A stretch of DNA of 64,000 nucleotides, from the NCBI GenBank assembly GCA_001783805.1, contig MFNS01000005.1:1636-65635 (forward strand), read 5' to 3'. Position numbers and translations under genes: made by a program. Shown in pieces: positions 1 to 7,750 of the stretch (the first letter of the stretch is position 1; the number at the start of each line of letters is the position of its first letter). The notes under the pieces are model-generated. The model was not told the origin of the DNA. It saw nothing but the letters and a program-made list of their open reading frames with translations, and did no database searches. The stretch comes from Candidatus Levybacteria bacterium RIFCSPHIGHO2_01_FULL_40_16. GTDB lineage: Bacteria; Patescibacteriota; Microgenomatia; Levybacterales; UBA12049.

Positions 1-86
1 GGTTGATAGGCAGGCAGTGGAAGAACCGTAAGGTTTTAAGCTTACCTGTACTAATGGTTGAACGAGTAGATTTAAAAATTAACCTT
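1..86 (+). rRNA. rrl: 23S rRNA, 3' terminal fragment (window starts inside the gene)
   Basis: GGTTGATAGGC...GTACTAATG...AACCTT matches the conserved 3'-terminal helices of bacterial 23S rRNA. The E. coli end is ...GGTTGATAGGCCGGG...GGTACTAATGAACCGTGAGGCTTAACCTT. The 3' boundary is approximate. Confidence 0.7.
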
Positions 87-153
87 CTCTTCACTTTCAA
101 GGAGCTAAAAATGCAATGTCATTTTGACATTTTGACAATTTGAAGAAAGGAAT

Positions 154-272
154 TCTCTGGTAATTAGAGCGGTGTGGAACCACCTTTTCCCATTCCGAAC
201 AGAGAAGTGAAACGCGCCAGCGCTCACGATACTTTAGGTGTATGCCTAAGGGACAATAGGTCATTGCCAGGG
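154..272 (+). rRNA. rrf: 5S rRNA
   Basis: About 119 nt carrying the 5S hallmark CCCATTCCGAACAGAGAAGT...; the 5' TCTGGTAA...and the 3' ...GGTCATTGCCAGG ends pair. It lies directly downstream of the 23S end. Confidence 0.8.
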
Positions 273-326
273 GATTTCTTTCTTCAAAGCAAGTCTTATT
301 CCTCACTTTCTTGATATACTACAGAC

Positions 327-911
327 GTGGATAATACAAAAACTATTTTTAGCATCGTTGCCATTCTTCTAACTTTTATTGGTTATATTCCTTATATTCG
401 CGATACCCTACAAAGAAAAACAACGCCTCATATTTATACATGGTTTATATGGGGATTGGTTACTGCAATTGCATATGGGTTGCAAGTTGGCGCTGGAGCA
501 GGAGTTGGTTCTTGGGTGACATTAGCAGTTGTTATTGTCTGTTTTTTTATATTTTTCCTAGGACTTCGTAATGGAAAAAAAGATATTACCAAATCCGATA
601 CTATATTTTTTCTATTATCCCTTGTTGCTTTATTTTTATGGTTAGTTGCTAAGCAACCTGTATGGTCAGTAATTCTTGTTTCTTCTATTGATATGCTAGG
701 TTTTATTCCAACAATCAGAAAATCTTGGAATAAGCCCTACTCGGAAACACTATTCTCATATGAATTAAATTCCTTTAGGCATGGATTAAGTATTCTGGCT
801 TTGCAGCAATATAGCATTATTACTTGGCTCTATCCAGCTACTTGGGTGATAGCAAATGGCTTGTTTAGTATCATGTTAATAATCCGCCGCAAGCAAATTG
901 GGAAAAATTGA
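327..911 (+). CDS. Six-TM membrane protein with an internal 3-TM duplication (PQ-loop/SWEET-like transporter fold?)
   Basis: Hydrophobic 194-aa ORF. GYIPYIRDT in the first half is repeated as GFIPTIRKS in the second half, suggesting a duplicated 3-helix unit. The family assignment is weak. Confidence 0.45.
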   Translation: MDNTKTIFSIVAILLTFIGYIPYIRDTLQRKTTPHIYTWFIWGLVTAIAYGLQVGAGAGVGSWVTLAVVIVCFFIFFLGLRNGKKDITKSDTIFFLLSLVALFLWLVAKQPVWSVILVSSIDMLGFIPTIRKSWNKPYSETLFSYELNSFRHGLSILALQQYSIITWLYPATWVIANGLFSIMLIIRRKQIGKN

Positions 912-942
912 ATTTGACAAGCAGTAACTTATAAGTTACTAT

Positions 943-1260
943 ATGAAGAAGAATATATTTGTAGATAAGAATGCCGAAAGGGAACTGCGGGAGTTTGGTG
1001 AGGAAATACAGTTAGAATTTGAAGCGTATATTAAAATTCTAGGGCTTGAAGGAAAACTGGATTTTCCCCATGCGAAGAAGATTACGAGAGATTTATTTGA
1101 AATTAGAATTAAATTAAAAGGAGAATATCGCTCTCTTTATGCTTATATAGGAAAATTAGATATTGTCGTTTTACATTTTTTTAGAAAGAAAACACATAAA
1201 ACACCGATAAAAAATCTGGAATTAGCTCAAAAGAGGCTTAAATTATATGAATTCCATTAA
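943..1260 (+). CDS. Type II toxin, HigB/RelE-like (Gp49/DUF891-type)
   Basis: 105 aa with a ...LDFPHAKKITRDLFEIRIKLKGEYRSLYAY... motif typical of Gp49-like HigB toxins. It overlaps the downstream HTH gene by 14 nt. A paralogue sits at 45227..45580. Confidence 0.7.
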   Translation: MKKNIFVDKNAERELREFGEEIQLEFEAYIKILGLEGKLDFPHAKKITRDLFEIRIKLKGEYRSLYAYIGKLDIVVLHFFRKKTHKTPIKNLELAQKRLKLYEFH

Positions 1261-1549
1261 TCAAGCTGTTAAAAAAGGAAACCTTATCGCTTATAGCGAT
1301 CTTTTTGCCGGTTATTCTAAGAAACATCAGCAGGAGATTTTAAAGAGAGCAAGATATCTAAAAGCTGCAATGGAACTCAAAAAACTAAGAAAAGAATTGA
1401 AGATTTCTCAAGGAGAATTGGCTCATAAAATGAAGGTGAAAAGGGAATTTATCACCAGGATCGAAAGCGGAGAGCAGAATGTAACCATTGAAACGTTGAA
1501 TCGGGTAGCTGAAGCTACGGGCAAAGAGTTTGAGTTCCATTTCAGATAA
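1247..1549 (+). CDS. HTH XRE-family antitoxin (HigA-like)
   Basis: LKKLRKELKISQGELAHKMKVKREFITRIESGEQNVTIETL is a classic Cro/C1-type helix-turn-helix. It is translationally coupled to the upstream toxin. Confidence 0.75.
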   Translation: MNSINQAVKKGNLIAYSDLFAGYSKKHQQEILKRARYLKAAMELKKLRKELKISQGELAHKMKVKREFITRIESGEQNVTIETLNRVAEATGKEFEFHFR

Positions 1550-1868
1550 TTTTTGAATATGATATTTTCTAAATCTACTTGCGGTCTTTGCAAACCAACG
1601 AAAAGATATAAAAGAAATAATACAAAATTAAAAAACGTAATTAAACGTGCCATGCTGGAAGATGAGCTTACAGTAAATCTGATTAGAAGTTTCTCGAAAT
1701 CTTAATTTCTGCTTAGTCTGAGAAAAATCCTCAAGAAACGGGGGATTTCTTTCTTCAAATTCAAACTTAACTCCTCTTTGTCATCCTGAAATTGCGCCAC
1801 CTCCACAGAGGGAAGTCCTTTTGGAGGAGCTCAGGATCTCCCAAAAGTAGTTTTTTTATATGTTTTCT

Positions 1869-2035
1869 TTGTACTTTTGGCCGCAAAAGTACCAAAAACT
1901 CGCGAGCCGTGAAAGGTCGCTAAAATTGCTCAGTCGTTAATCGGGTGATTTGCACCCCCTCCTCAACAGGTTTGTGAGGAATCCCCCTGATAACTCCTTC
2001 GCAATTTTTCAACGCGCTGCTTTCAATGCTCGCAC
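1869..2035 (+). repeat. Structured dispersed repeat, copy A (candidate ncRNA or MITE)
   Basis: Shares conserved blocks with copies at 18438-18660, 37085-37282 and 44910-45077. The blocks are TTGTACTTTTGACCGCAAAAGTAC; CTCTGCGAGCGGTAAAGTCGCGC; TCGGGTGATTTGCACCCCCTCCTCGA, then a variable loop, then GAGGAATCCCCCTGA; and CGCTTTGTTTAATGCTCGCAC. Confidence 0.7.
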
Positions 2036-2080
2036 GTTATGTTTTGAATTGGGCTGGGGGGGGTGGGGCGCCCGGGATTT

Positions 2081-2521
2081 TCATTTGGCGAGAACTTTTT
2101 TATTTTTCCGTGCGGTTCTTACTTCCTGAAGTTTCTGAATTCTGCGGAGCTCTTCACGAAATTCTTTTCCCGCACCTTCCATTCCCATTTTCAAGATCCT
2201 TTTTGCTTCTTCAGGATAAATCTTAAAATTTTCAATTAGCGGGCGTTCATAAATAAATATTATGTCTTCACGCCTCTTTCTGGGAATTGCTCTTCCTTGA
2301 GAATCGGTTAATTGTTCTTTGGAGGTGATTATTGCAGCCCCAATTAATGCTCTAATCTGCAATTTTTTTAATTCTTCTTGCGATAAGCCGGGATTAACAA
2401 ATTGTCCAATTTTGTCCAATGCATCATGCGAATGCATTCCGCTCCCGATGTCTACAGTCAATTTATAAGCCAACTCTTTATCCAAAAGATGTTCGGATGC
2501 TTTACTAACTTGTTCACTCAT
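2081..2521 (-). CDS. Hypothetical protein (146 aa, basic C-terminus)
   Basis: Clean ORF with an ATG start; no motif I can name confidently. Confidence 0.45.
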   Translation of the reverse strand: MSEQVSKASEHLLDKELAYKLTVDIGSGMHSHDALDKIGQFVNPGLSQEELKKLQIRALIGAAIITSKEQLTDSQGRAIPRKRREDIIFIYERPLIENFKIYPEEAKRILKMGMEGAGKEFREELRRIQKLQEVRTARKNKKVLAK

Positions 2522-2616
2522 ATGCGTATTTTAGCATATTCGGATATTTGGTATTGTTAGGGAGGGAATTTTGTGGTAGAATACTAGAATTGTCAAAAGA
2601 AAGGTGAATTTAATGA

Positions 2617-3780
2617 ATGCAAACATCAACTTCAACTAAAAAAGCAACCTCAATGGCTGATCTGATGAAGAAGGTTGCAGCTGCGAAGACTCCATTTGTT
2701 TCTCCTCACAAAGGCGATATGCTCACGGGAACAATTACCAAATTAACGAGCGGCGAAATTTTGGTGGACATTAATGCCAAAACCGAAGCTGTAGTTTTGG
2801 AAAAAGAAAGGCAGATCATGAACAAAATCCTTACCTCCTACAAAGTGGGGGACAAAGTAGCTGTTCAGGTTCTCAATCCCGAGTCAGACTTTGGTTATCC
2901 GGTTGTTTCTTTGAGACGATCGGTCGGCGATATTACTTGGGACCGTTTGGCAAAATTGCAGAAGAGTCAAGAGCCTGTTGAAGTTAACTTGGATATGGCA
3001 ACCAAAGGCGGATTTTTAGGCACAACTAATGATGGGATTTCCGGATTTTTGCCAAACTCCCATACTTCGAGTCTGGAAAATCCAAATAATCTAATCGGCA
3101 AGAAAATTAAAGTCGTGGTTTTGGAATTAAACAGAGAGCTGAATAAAATTATTTTTTCCCAGAAACAAGTTATGGGTCCGGCGGACTTCCAGAAGTTAAT
3201 TGGTAATTTAAAGGTTGGACAAAAAATTGACGCAGTTGTGTCAAATGTGGCTCCCTTTGGAGTCTTTCTTTCTATCCCGGTTGACCCCGAAGGATCTTCC
3301 CGTTCGGCTTCGGGTACTATTCGTACACGCCTCACGGAGCGATCTGACGGGGCAGGTGACGGCAAATTGGCAGAAGGGTTCATTCATATCTCCGAAATCT
3401 CTTGGGAAAATGTAGAGAATGTTGCCGACCTTTTCAAGCTCGGCGACAAAATTACCGGCGTAGTTACCGGATTTGACAAAGAAAGCAGACGCGTAAACCT
3501 TTCCGTAAAAAGATTATTATCCGATCCGTTTGAGAAAAAATTAGATGAATTCACAATAGATAAAAAAATCAAAGCAAAAGTGATAAGAATTATTGCCACC
3601 GGCGTACTTTTAGACCTTGGAGACAACATTACCGGATTGATCAAGAAAGAAAAAATTCCGGTTAAAACCATTTACAAAGAAGGACAAGGAGTTGACGTTA
3701 CCGTTTCTTCGGTTGATAAAAAAAGACACCGAGTTGAAGTTGCGCCTGTCCTTACCGCAAAACCCATAGGATATAGATAA
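2617..3780 (+). CDS. rpsA: 30S ribosomal protein S1 (short form, 4 S1 domains)
   Basis: Repeated S1 OB-fold signatures (GDMLTGTITKL..., KVGDKVAVQVL..., GKKIKVVVLELN..., KVGQKIDAVVSNVAPFGVFL..., GDKITGVVTGFDKESRRVNLSVK..., KIKAKVIRIIATGVLLDLG...). An AAAGGTG Shine-Dalgarno lies upstream. Confidence 0.8.
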   Translation: MQTSTSTKKATSMADLMKKVAAAKTPFVSPHKGDMLTGTITKLTSGEILVDINAKTEAVVLEKERQIMNKILTSYKVGDKVAVQVLNPESDFGYPVVSLRRSVGDITWDRLAKLQKSQEPVEVNLDMATKGGFLGTTNDGISGFLPNSHTSSLENPNNLIGKKIKVVVLELNRELNKIIFSQKQVMGPADFQKLIGNLKVGQKIDAVVSNVAPFGVFLSIPVDPEGSSRSASGTIRTRLTERSDGAGDGKLAEGFIHISEISWENVENVADLFKLGDKITGVVTGFDKESRRVNLSVKRLLSDPFEKKLDEFTIDKKIKAKVIRIIATGVLLDLGDNITGLIKKEKIPVKTIYKEGQGVDVTVSSVDKKRHRVEVAPVLTAKPIGYR

Positions 3781-3925
3781 AACTCAAAACGCAAAAGTCA
3801 AAGGTCAAAACTACAACTCAAAACTCAAATCTTTAAAGAAAAAGTTTTTAGCTTTGAACTGGGTTTTGAGATTTGCACTTTGAGCTTTGCGCTTATTTAA
3901 TTTCCCGCTTCAATTTTGAGCTTCA
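3781..3925. repeat. Long imperfect (CAAA)n/(TTTG)n palindrome, intergenic (terminator-like)
   Basis: Left arm AACTCAAAACGCAAAAGTCAAAGGTCAAAAC...; right arm GAGATTTGCACTTTGAGCTTTGCGC..., roughly its reverse complement. It is homologous to elements at 47955-48050, 49370-49480, 50510-50640, 29735-29790 and 16295-16400. Confidence 0.55.
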
Positions 3926-3945
3926 TAGGGGTATAATCAGGGGGT

Positions 3946-5268
3946 ATGAAAAAGACTACGACAAGTTTTGTTTGTCAGGAATGCGGTTATGATTCTCCGC
4001 AGTGGCTGGGAAAGTGTCCCGAATGCGGCAATTGGAACTCCTTAAGGGAAATCCGGGTTGCGGAGTTCAAACCTCAAAATTCATTGGTTGCACAAAAAGT
4101 AAATATTGAACCAAAAAGACTTGATCAGATAAAATTCCAAAAAAAGCAGAGATTGCTAACCGGATTTTCGGAATTAGATACGGTTTTGGGCGGCGGAATT
4201 GTCAAGGGTAGTGCTATTCTTCTGGCAGGAGATCCGGGAATCGGAAAGTCGACACTGCTTCTACAAATCGGACTGAAAATGGCAACTGCAAAAGAAAAAG
4301 TTTTATATATTTCCGCGGAAGAATCGGAAGAGCAAATAAAACTCCGGGCCGACAGAATTTCTTCAAAGAAGAATTCCAATCTTTTCATCGTTTCTAGTAC
4401 TAATACCGATTTGGTCTGTGAAGCAATCCAAAAGCTTAATCCGGCATTGGTCATTGTCGATTCAATTCAGACAATGGAATCGGAAAATGTCAGCGGTCTT
4501 TCCGGGTCTGTCGGGCAGGTCAGATATGGAGCTTTTCAATTTATCAAACTGGCCAAAACATTAGGAATTCCTGTGGTAATGGTAGGCCATGTCACCAAAG
4601 AGGGAATGGTTGCCGGACCGATGGTTTTATCCCACATGGTTGATACGCTATTATTTTTGGAGGGGGAAAAATTTACCTCAACCAGAATTCTAAGAAGTTT
4701 GAAAAACCGGTTTGGTCCGGTGGATGAAATTGGGCTTTTTGCGATGGAAGATGCCGGAATAAAAGAATTAACCAGCCCCGAACAACTTTTTTTATCAAAA
4801 GAAAGCGTTGGGGCAGTGTCGGGGAGCGTTCTCTCGGTGACCATGGAAGGCACCAGACCGTTCTTGATTGAAATTCAAGCCCTGGTAGTTAACTCAAAAA
4901 TTCCCATTCCCAGAAGGGTCGCGTCGGGAATTGATTATAAACGGTTGGAGCTATTGCTGGCAGTTTTGCAAAAACATTGCAATATTCCTTTAAGCGGAAT
5001 GGATGTTTTTGTCAATGTTGCTGGTGGAATAAAACTTTCAGATCCGGGAACAGATTTAAGTATTTGCCTGGCAATCATTTCCAGTTTTCAAAACATTAAA
5101 ATTTCCAATAAAGTTGGAATCGGGGAAGTCGGTCTTTTGGGAGAAGTGCGCCGCGCAAATTCCCTGGAAAAGCGCATTAAAGAAGCCCAAAAGCTCGGGT
5201 TTAAAGACATTCTAAGCTCCAACAAATTTAAGACATTAAGGGATGTTCTAGCTAGTCTAAGCAAATGA
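3946..5268 (+). CDS. radA: DNA repair protein RadA/Sms
   Basis: N-terminal C4 zinc finger (CQECGY...CPECGNW), Walker A GDPGIGKST, the RadA KNRFG motif (LKNRFGP) and a C-terminal Lon-like domain. Confidence 0.95.
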   Translation: MKKTTTSFVCQECGYDSPQWLGKCPECGNWNSLREIRVAEFKPQNSLVAQKVNIEPKRLDQIKFQKKQRLLTGFSELDTVLGGGIVKGSAILLAGDPGIGKSTLLLQIGLKMATAKEKVLYISAEESEEQIKLRADRISSKKNSNLFIVSSTNTDLVCEAIQKLNPALVIVDSIQTMESENVSGLSGSVGQVRYGAFQFIKLAKTLGIPVVMVGHVTKEGMVAGPMVLSHMVDTLLFLEGEKFTSTRILRSLKNRFGPVDEIGLFAMEDAGIKELTSPEQLFLSKESVGAVSGSVLSVTMEGTRPFLIEIQALVVNSKIPIPRRVASGIDYKRLELLLAVLQKHCNIPLSGMDVFVNVAGGIKLSDPGTDLSICLAIISSFQNIKISNKVGIGEVGLLGEVRRANSLEKRIKEAQKLGFKDILSSNKFKTLRDVLASLSK

Positions 5269-6056
5269 AAAATACAAAAGGAAATCCGCCCGCTTCGCCG
5301 CGAGGCGAGCCGGCCGGCGGAAAAAAAGAAGGCAAAAAAGAATCGCAAGGATTTCCGCAAGGATTCGTCAGTATTCTTGCAGACGAAGTGGCAAAAACAC
5401 TTGCCAAAATGCCCAGATTTAAGCATTCGAAAAGAAAATCCAACTCCCCAAAAAAGAAAATAGAAAATCCGATATTTCTGGATACCTCGGCAATTATCGA
5501 CGGAAGAATCTTTGAAGTGATCGCTCTGGGCGTATTTACGGGCACATTTGTGGTTTTGGAAAGTATTCTTTTAGAATTAAAACATATTGCGGATTCTCAA
5601 GATATGGTTAAGCGAGTCAGGGGAAGAAAGGGACTTGATTTCCTGGAAAAATTAAAAAAAGGAAAAAGAAATAAATTTATGATTCTTCAAGATTCGGAAG
5701 ATTCCAAAAATAAAGAAGTCGATGAAAAATTAATTATCGCTTCCAAAAACAATAAAGGGAGAATTATAACCTGCGATTATAATCTGGAGAAAAAAGCCAC
5801 AATTAGCGGAATTTTGGCTATCAATGTGAATACTTTGGCAAATCATCTCAAAATAACTGCTGTTCCGGGAGAGACTTTGCATATCAGCATTTTGCATAAA
5901 GGCAAAGAAATAACCCAGGGGGTCGGGTACCTGGATGATGGCACTATGCTGGTTGTAGAGAGCGCTTCCGAGGATTTGGGTCACATGGTGGATGTAGTTG
6001 TCTCTCGGGTAATTCAAACGACTGCAGGACGTATCCTTTTCGCGAAAAAGATATAA
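5265..6056 (+). CDS. PIN + TRAM domain protein (YacL-like)
   Basis: The FLDTSAIIDGRI PIN acidic core is followed by a C-terminal TRAM-like beta segment (GETLHISILHKGKEITQGVGYLDDGTMLVVE). It overlaps radA by 4 nt (ATGA). The radA-yacL linkage is conserved in Firmicutes-like genomes. Confidence 0.8.
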   Translation: MKNTKGNPPASPRGEPAGGKKEGKKESQGFPQGFVSILADEVAKTLAKMPRFKHSKRKSNSPKKKIENPIFLDTSAIIDGRIFEVIALGVFTGTFVVLESILLELKHIADSQDMVKRVRGRKGLDFLEKLKKGKRNKFMILQDSEDSKNKEVDEKLIIASKNNKGRIITCDYNLEKKATISGILAINVNTLANHLKITAVPGETLHISILHKGKEITQGVGYLDDGTMLVVESASEDLGHMVDVVVSRVIQTTAGRILFAKKI

Positions 6057-6438
6057 GTTTTTCTTAAACTAAGAAGAGGTAGGAATCTTTACCACGTAAA
6101 AACTTTTCTAGAAAAACATTTATGCGCTTAAAAGAGGTAAGAATCCCTGCCCAAGACTCTTACCTCATTAAAAAACGTAAAAGTTCTTGTCTAGCCAAGT
6201 CTGACTTGGTCTAAAAATATCTTTCTTTGTCAAGATAAACGATTAAGTTTAGCCTCGCTTTTTTTTCTTGACAACAATAATTAATTTTGCTATTAACAAG
6301 ACATTGACATTTAGTTTTATCCTGCCTGAAAAACTAACTGTCGAATTCACAAGGGCATTGCTTATCGTACCTGAACTTATATTTTGAGTAACGAAAGCGA
6401 TGCTCTTTTTTATTTTTTGGACTTTGCCAACCGACGAA

Positions 6439-6621
6439 TTACAAAAGTGCTACCGGGACACTTATTCCTTTTTCAATTAATTTTTTAAATTGATCCCGCC
6501 CCTGTTTTACAAGCATTTCCATTTTATAGTCGGAGATTGTTTTGCCGGATGCTTTTTTTTGCTTCTTAAATCTAAAGGTCATACCTAAAGGGATTTTATC
6601 ATACGTTGTCAAGTATGTCAA
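6439..6621 (-). CDS. Small hypothetical ORF (60 aa)
   Basis: Basic 60-aa ORF in an otherwise non-coding 800-bp interval. It may be spurious or a gene remnant. Confidence 0.25.
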   Translation of the reverse strand: MTYLTTYDKIPLGMTFRFKKQKKASGKTISDYKMEMLVKQGRDQFKKLIEKGISVPVALL

Positions 6622-6854
6622 ACCTATAGCATTCTGCAGGGCAGAATAGTCATGACCTAGAGTAAAAAGTGCTTAATTTAGCCCGTCAAATCAGCATAAT
6701 TATTTTAGGTAAAAAAATGTGGATAAGTAGGGGAAACATCTGCTCGGGGTCCTGTCGCTCGATTCATCTCCGCCAGTGCTCCCTTGCAGTCCGCGCTGTC
6801 GGCCGCCTCCTCTCTCGCGCCACCCCTCGCAATTAATAATTAATAATTTGTAAT

Positions 6855-7616
6855 TTATCCTTGTTTAATGAGGGGGGTGAAGAAGGATTTGATGGACAAT
6901 TGATAATCATAATTGGCAATCGATTTTATCCAAAGTTTAATCAGGGAAATAAGATGTACTCTTAGATCTCCAAAATATTCTTTCGGATCATTCCTGTGAT
7001 AATGCAGATATTTTGGCAGATTGGCAAATTTCCCGTAGGGGAGAAGTTTTAAGAGCACATCGGAATAGATGAAATAATCGGAATTTGCCTGAAATTTGAG
7101 AAGGTCTTTGGGAATAAGAGTTTTATTAATCAAAACCGTTTCGAATTGCAGAGATATTCCGTGCAGGGGTGACTGATAAATAAACTGATTTTCCTTGGGG
7201 AAGTCTGACTTCCCAATAAGAGTTCCTTTATCATTCATAAACCGGCACTGACTTCCAACTGCCACTACCCCCGGATTTCCCAGAAGGAATTCAATTTGTT
7301 TTTTAATTTTTGAGCGGGAGGCCACATCTTTTGCCGACATGAAAGCAATATAATCTCCTTTGGCGCGGCGTAACAGGCGGTTTAAAGTCATGACAATGCC
7401 GTATCTTTTGATATTTCGGAAAACTCTGACTTTTTTGTACCTTTTGGCGAAGCTCTTTAGAATTTTGAGGGAGTTATCGGAAGATTTGTCATCGATGGCA
7501 ATTATTTCAATTTGCCGGTAATTTTGCTTGACAAGACTGGTCAGACAATCGGCAAGGAATAATTCGCAATTGTGAACAGGCAATAAAACAGAAACTAAAG
7601 GTTTTTGATTATTCAT
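6855..7616 (-). CDS. Family 2 glycosyltransferase
   Basis: N-terminal LVSVLLPVHNCELFLADCLTSLVKQNYRQIEIIAIDDKSSDNS is the GT-A/GT2 signature with a DXD-type motif (IDD). Confidence 0.85.
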   Translation of the reverse strand: MNNQKPLVSVLLPVHNCELFLADCLTSLVKQNYRQIEIIAIDDKSSDNSLKILKSFAKRYKKVRVFRNIKRYGIVMTLNRLLRRAKGDYIAFMSAKDVASRSKIKKQIEFLLGNPGVVAVGSQCRFMNDKGTLIGKSDFPKENQFIYQSPLHGISLQFETVLINKTLIPKDLLKFQANSDYFIYSDVLLKLLPYGKFANLPKYLHYHRNDPKEYFGDLRVHLISLIKLWIKSIANYDYQLSIKSFFTPLIKQG

Positions 7617-7750
7617 AGACTATAAAAAGCTGCGGGGCAGTAACAGAAATGGAAATTACATAAGGAGCAAACATTGTAGCACGATTTTTACCCGAGAGTC
7701 AAGTTCGCAGGAGCATTGACAAAAACACAGGAATATGACCTAATAGATAT

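Noticed and set aside
97-306. 69-aa minus-strand ORF
   Set aside because: It lies entirely across the 5S rRNA gene and the 23S/5S spacer. It is an rRNA-antisense artefact.
1869-2035. Retron msr/msd or group II intron remnant as an explanation for the structured repeat
   Set aside because: There is no reverse-transcriptase ORF near any of the four copies, and neither a domain V-like AGC-bulge hairpin nor a hammerhead core (CUGANGA...GAAA) is present. Left as unknown ncRNA/MITE.
2967-5545. Antisense ORFs inside rpsA and radA (2967..3383, 3384..3671, 4125..4454, 4536..4853, 5088..5426, 5252..5545 and similar ones inside other long genes)
   Set aside because: They are embedded in the opposite strand of well-supported conserved genes, with low-complexity translations. 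They are typical shadow ORFs.
6717-6725. Perfect DnaA box TGTGGATAA as evidence of oriC
   Set aside because: It is a single box (a second only approximate at ~25790); there is no dnaA/dnaN nearby and no cluster of boxes. Insufficient for an origin call.
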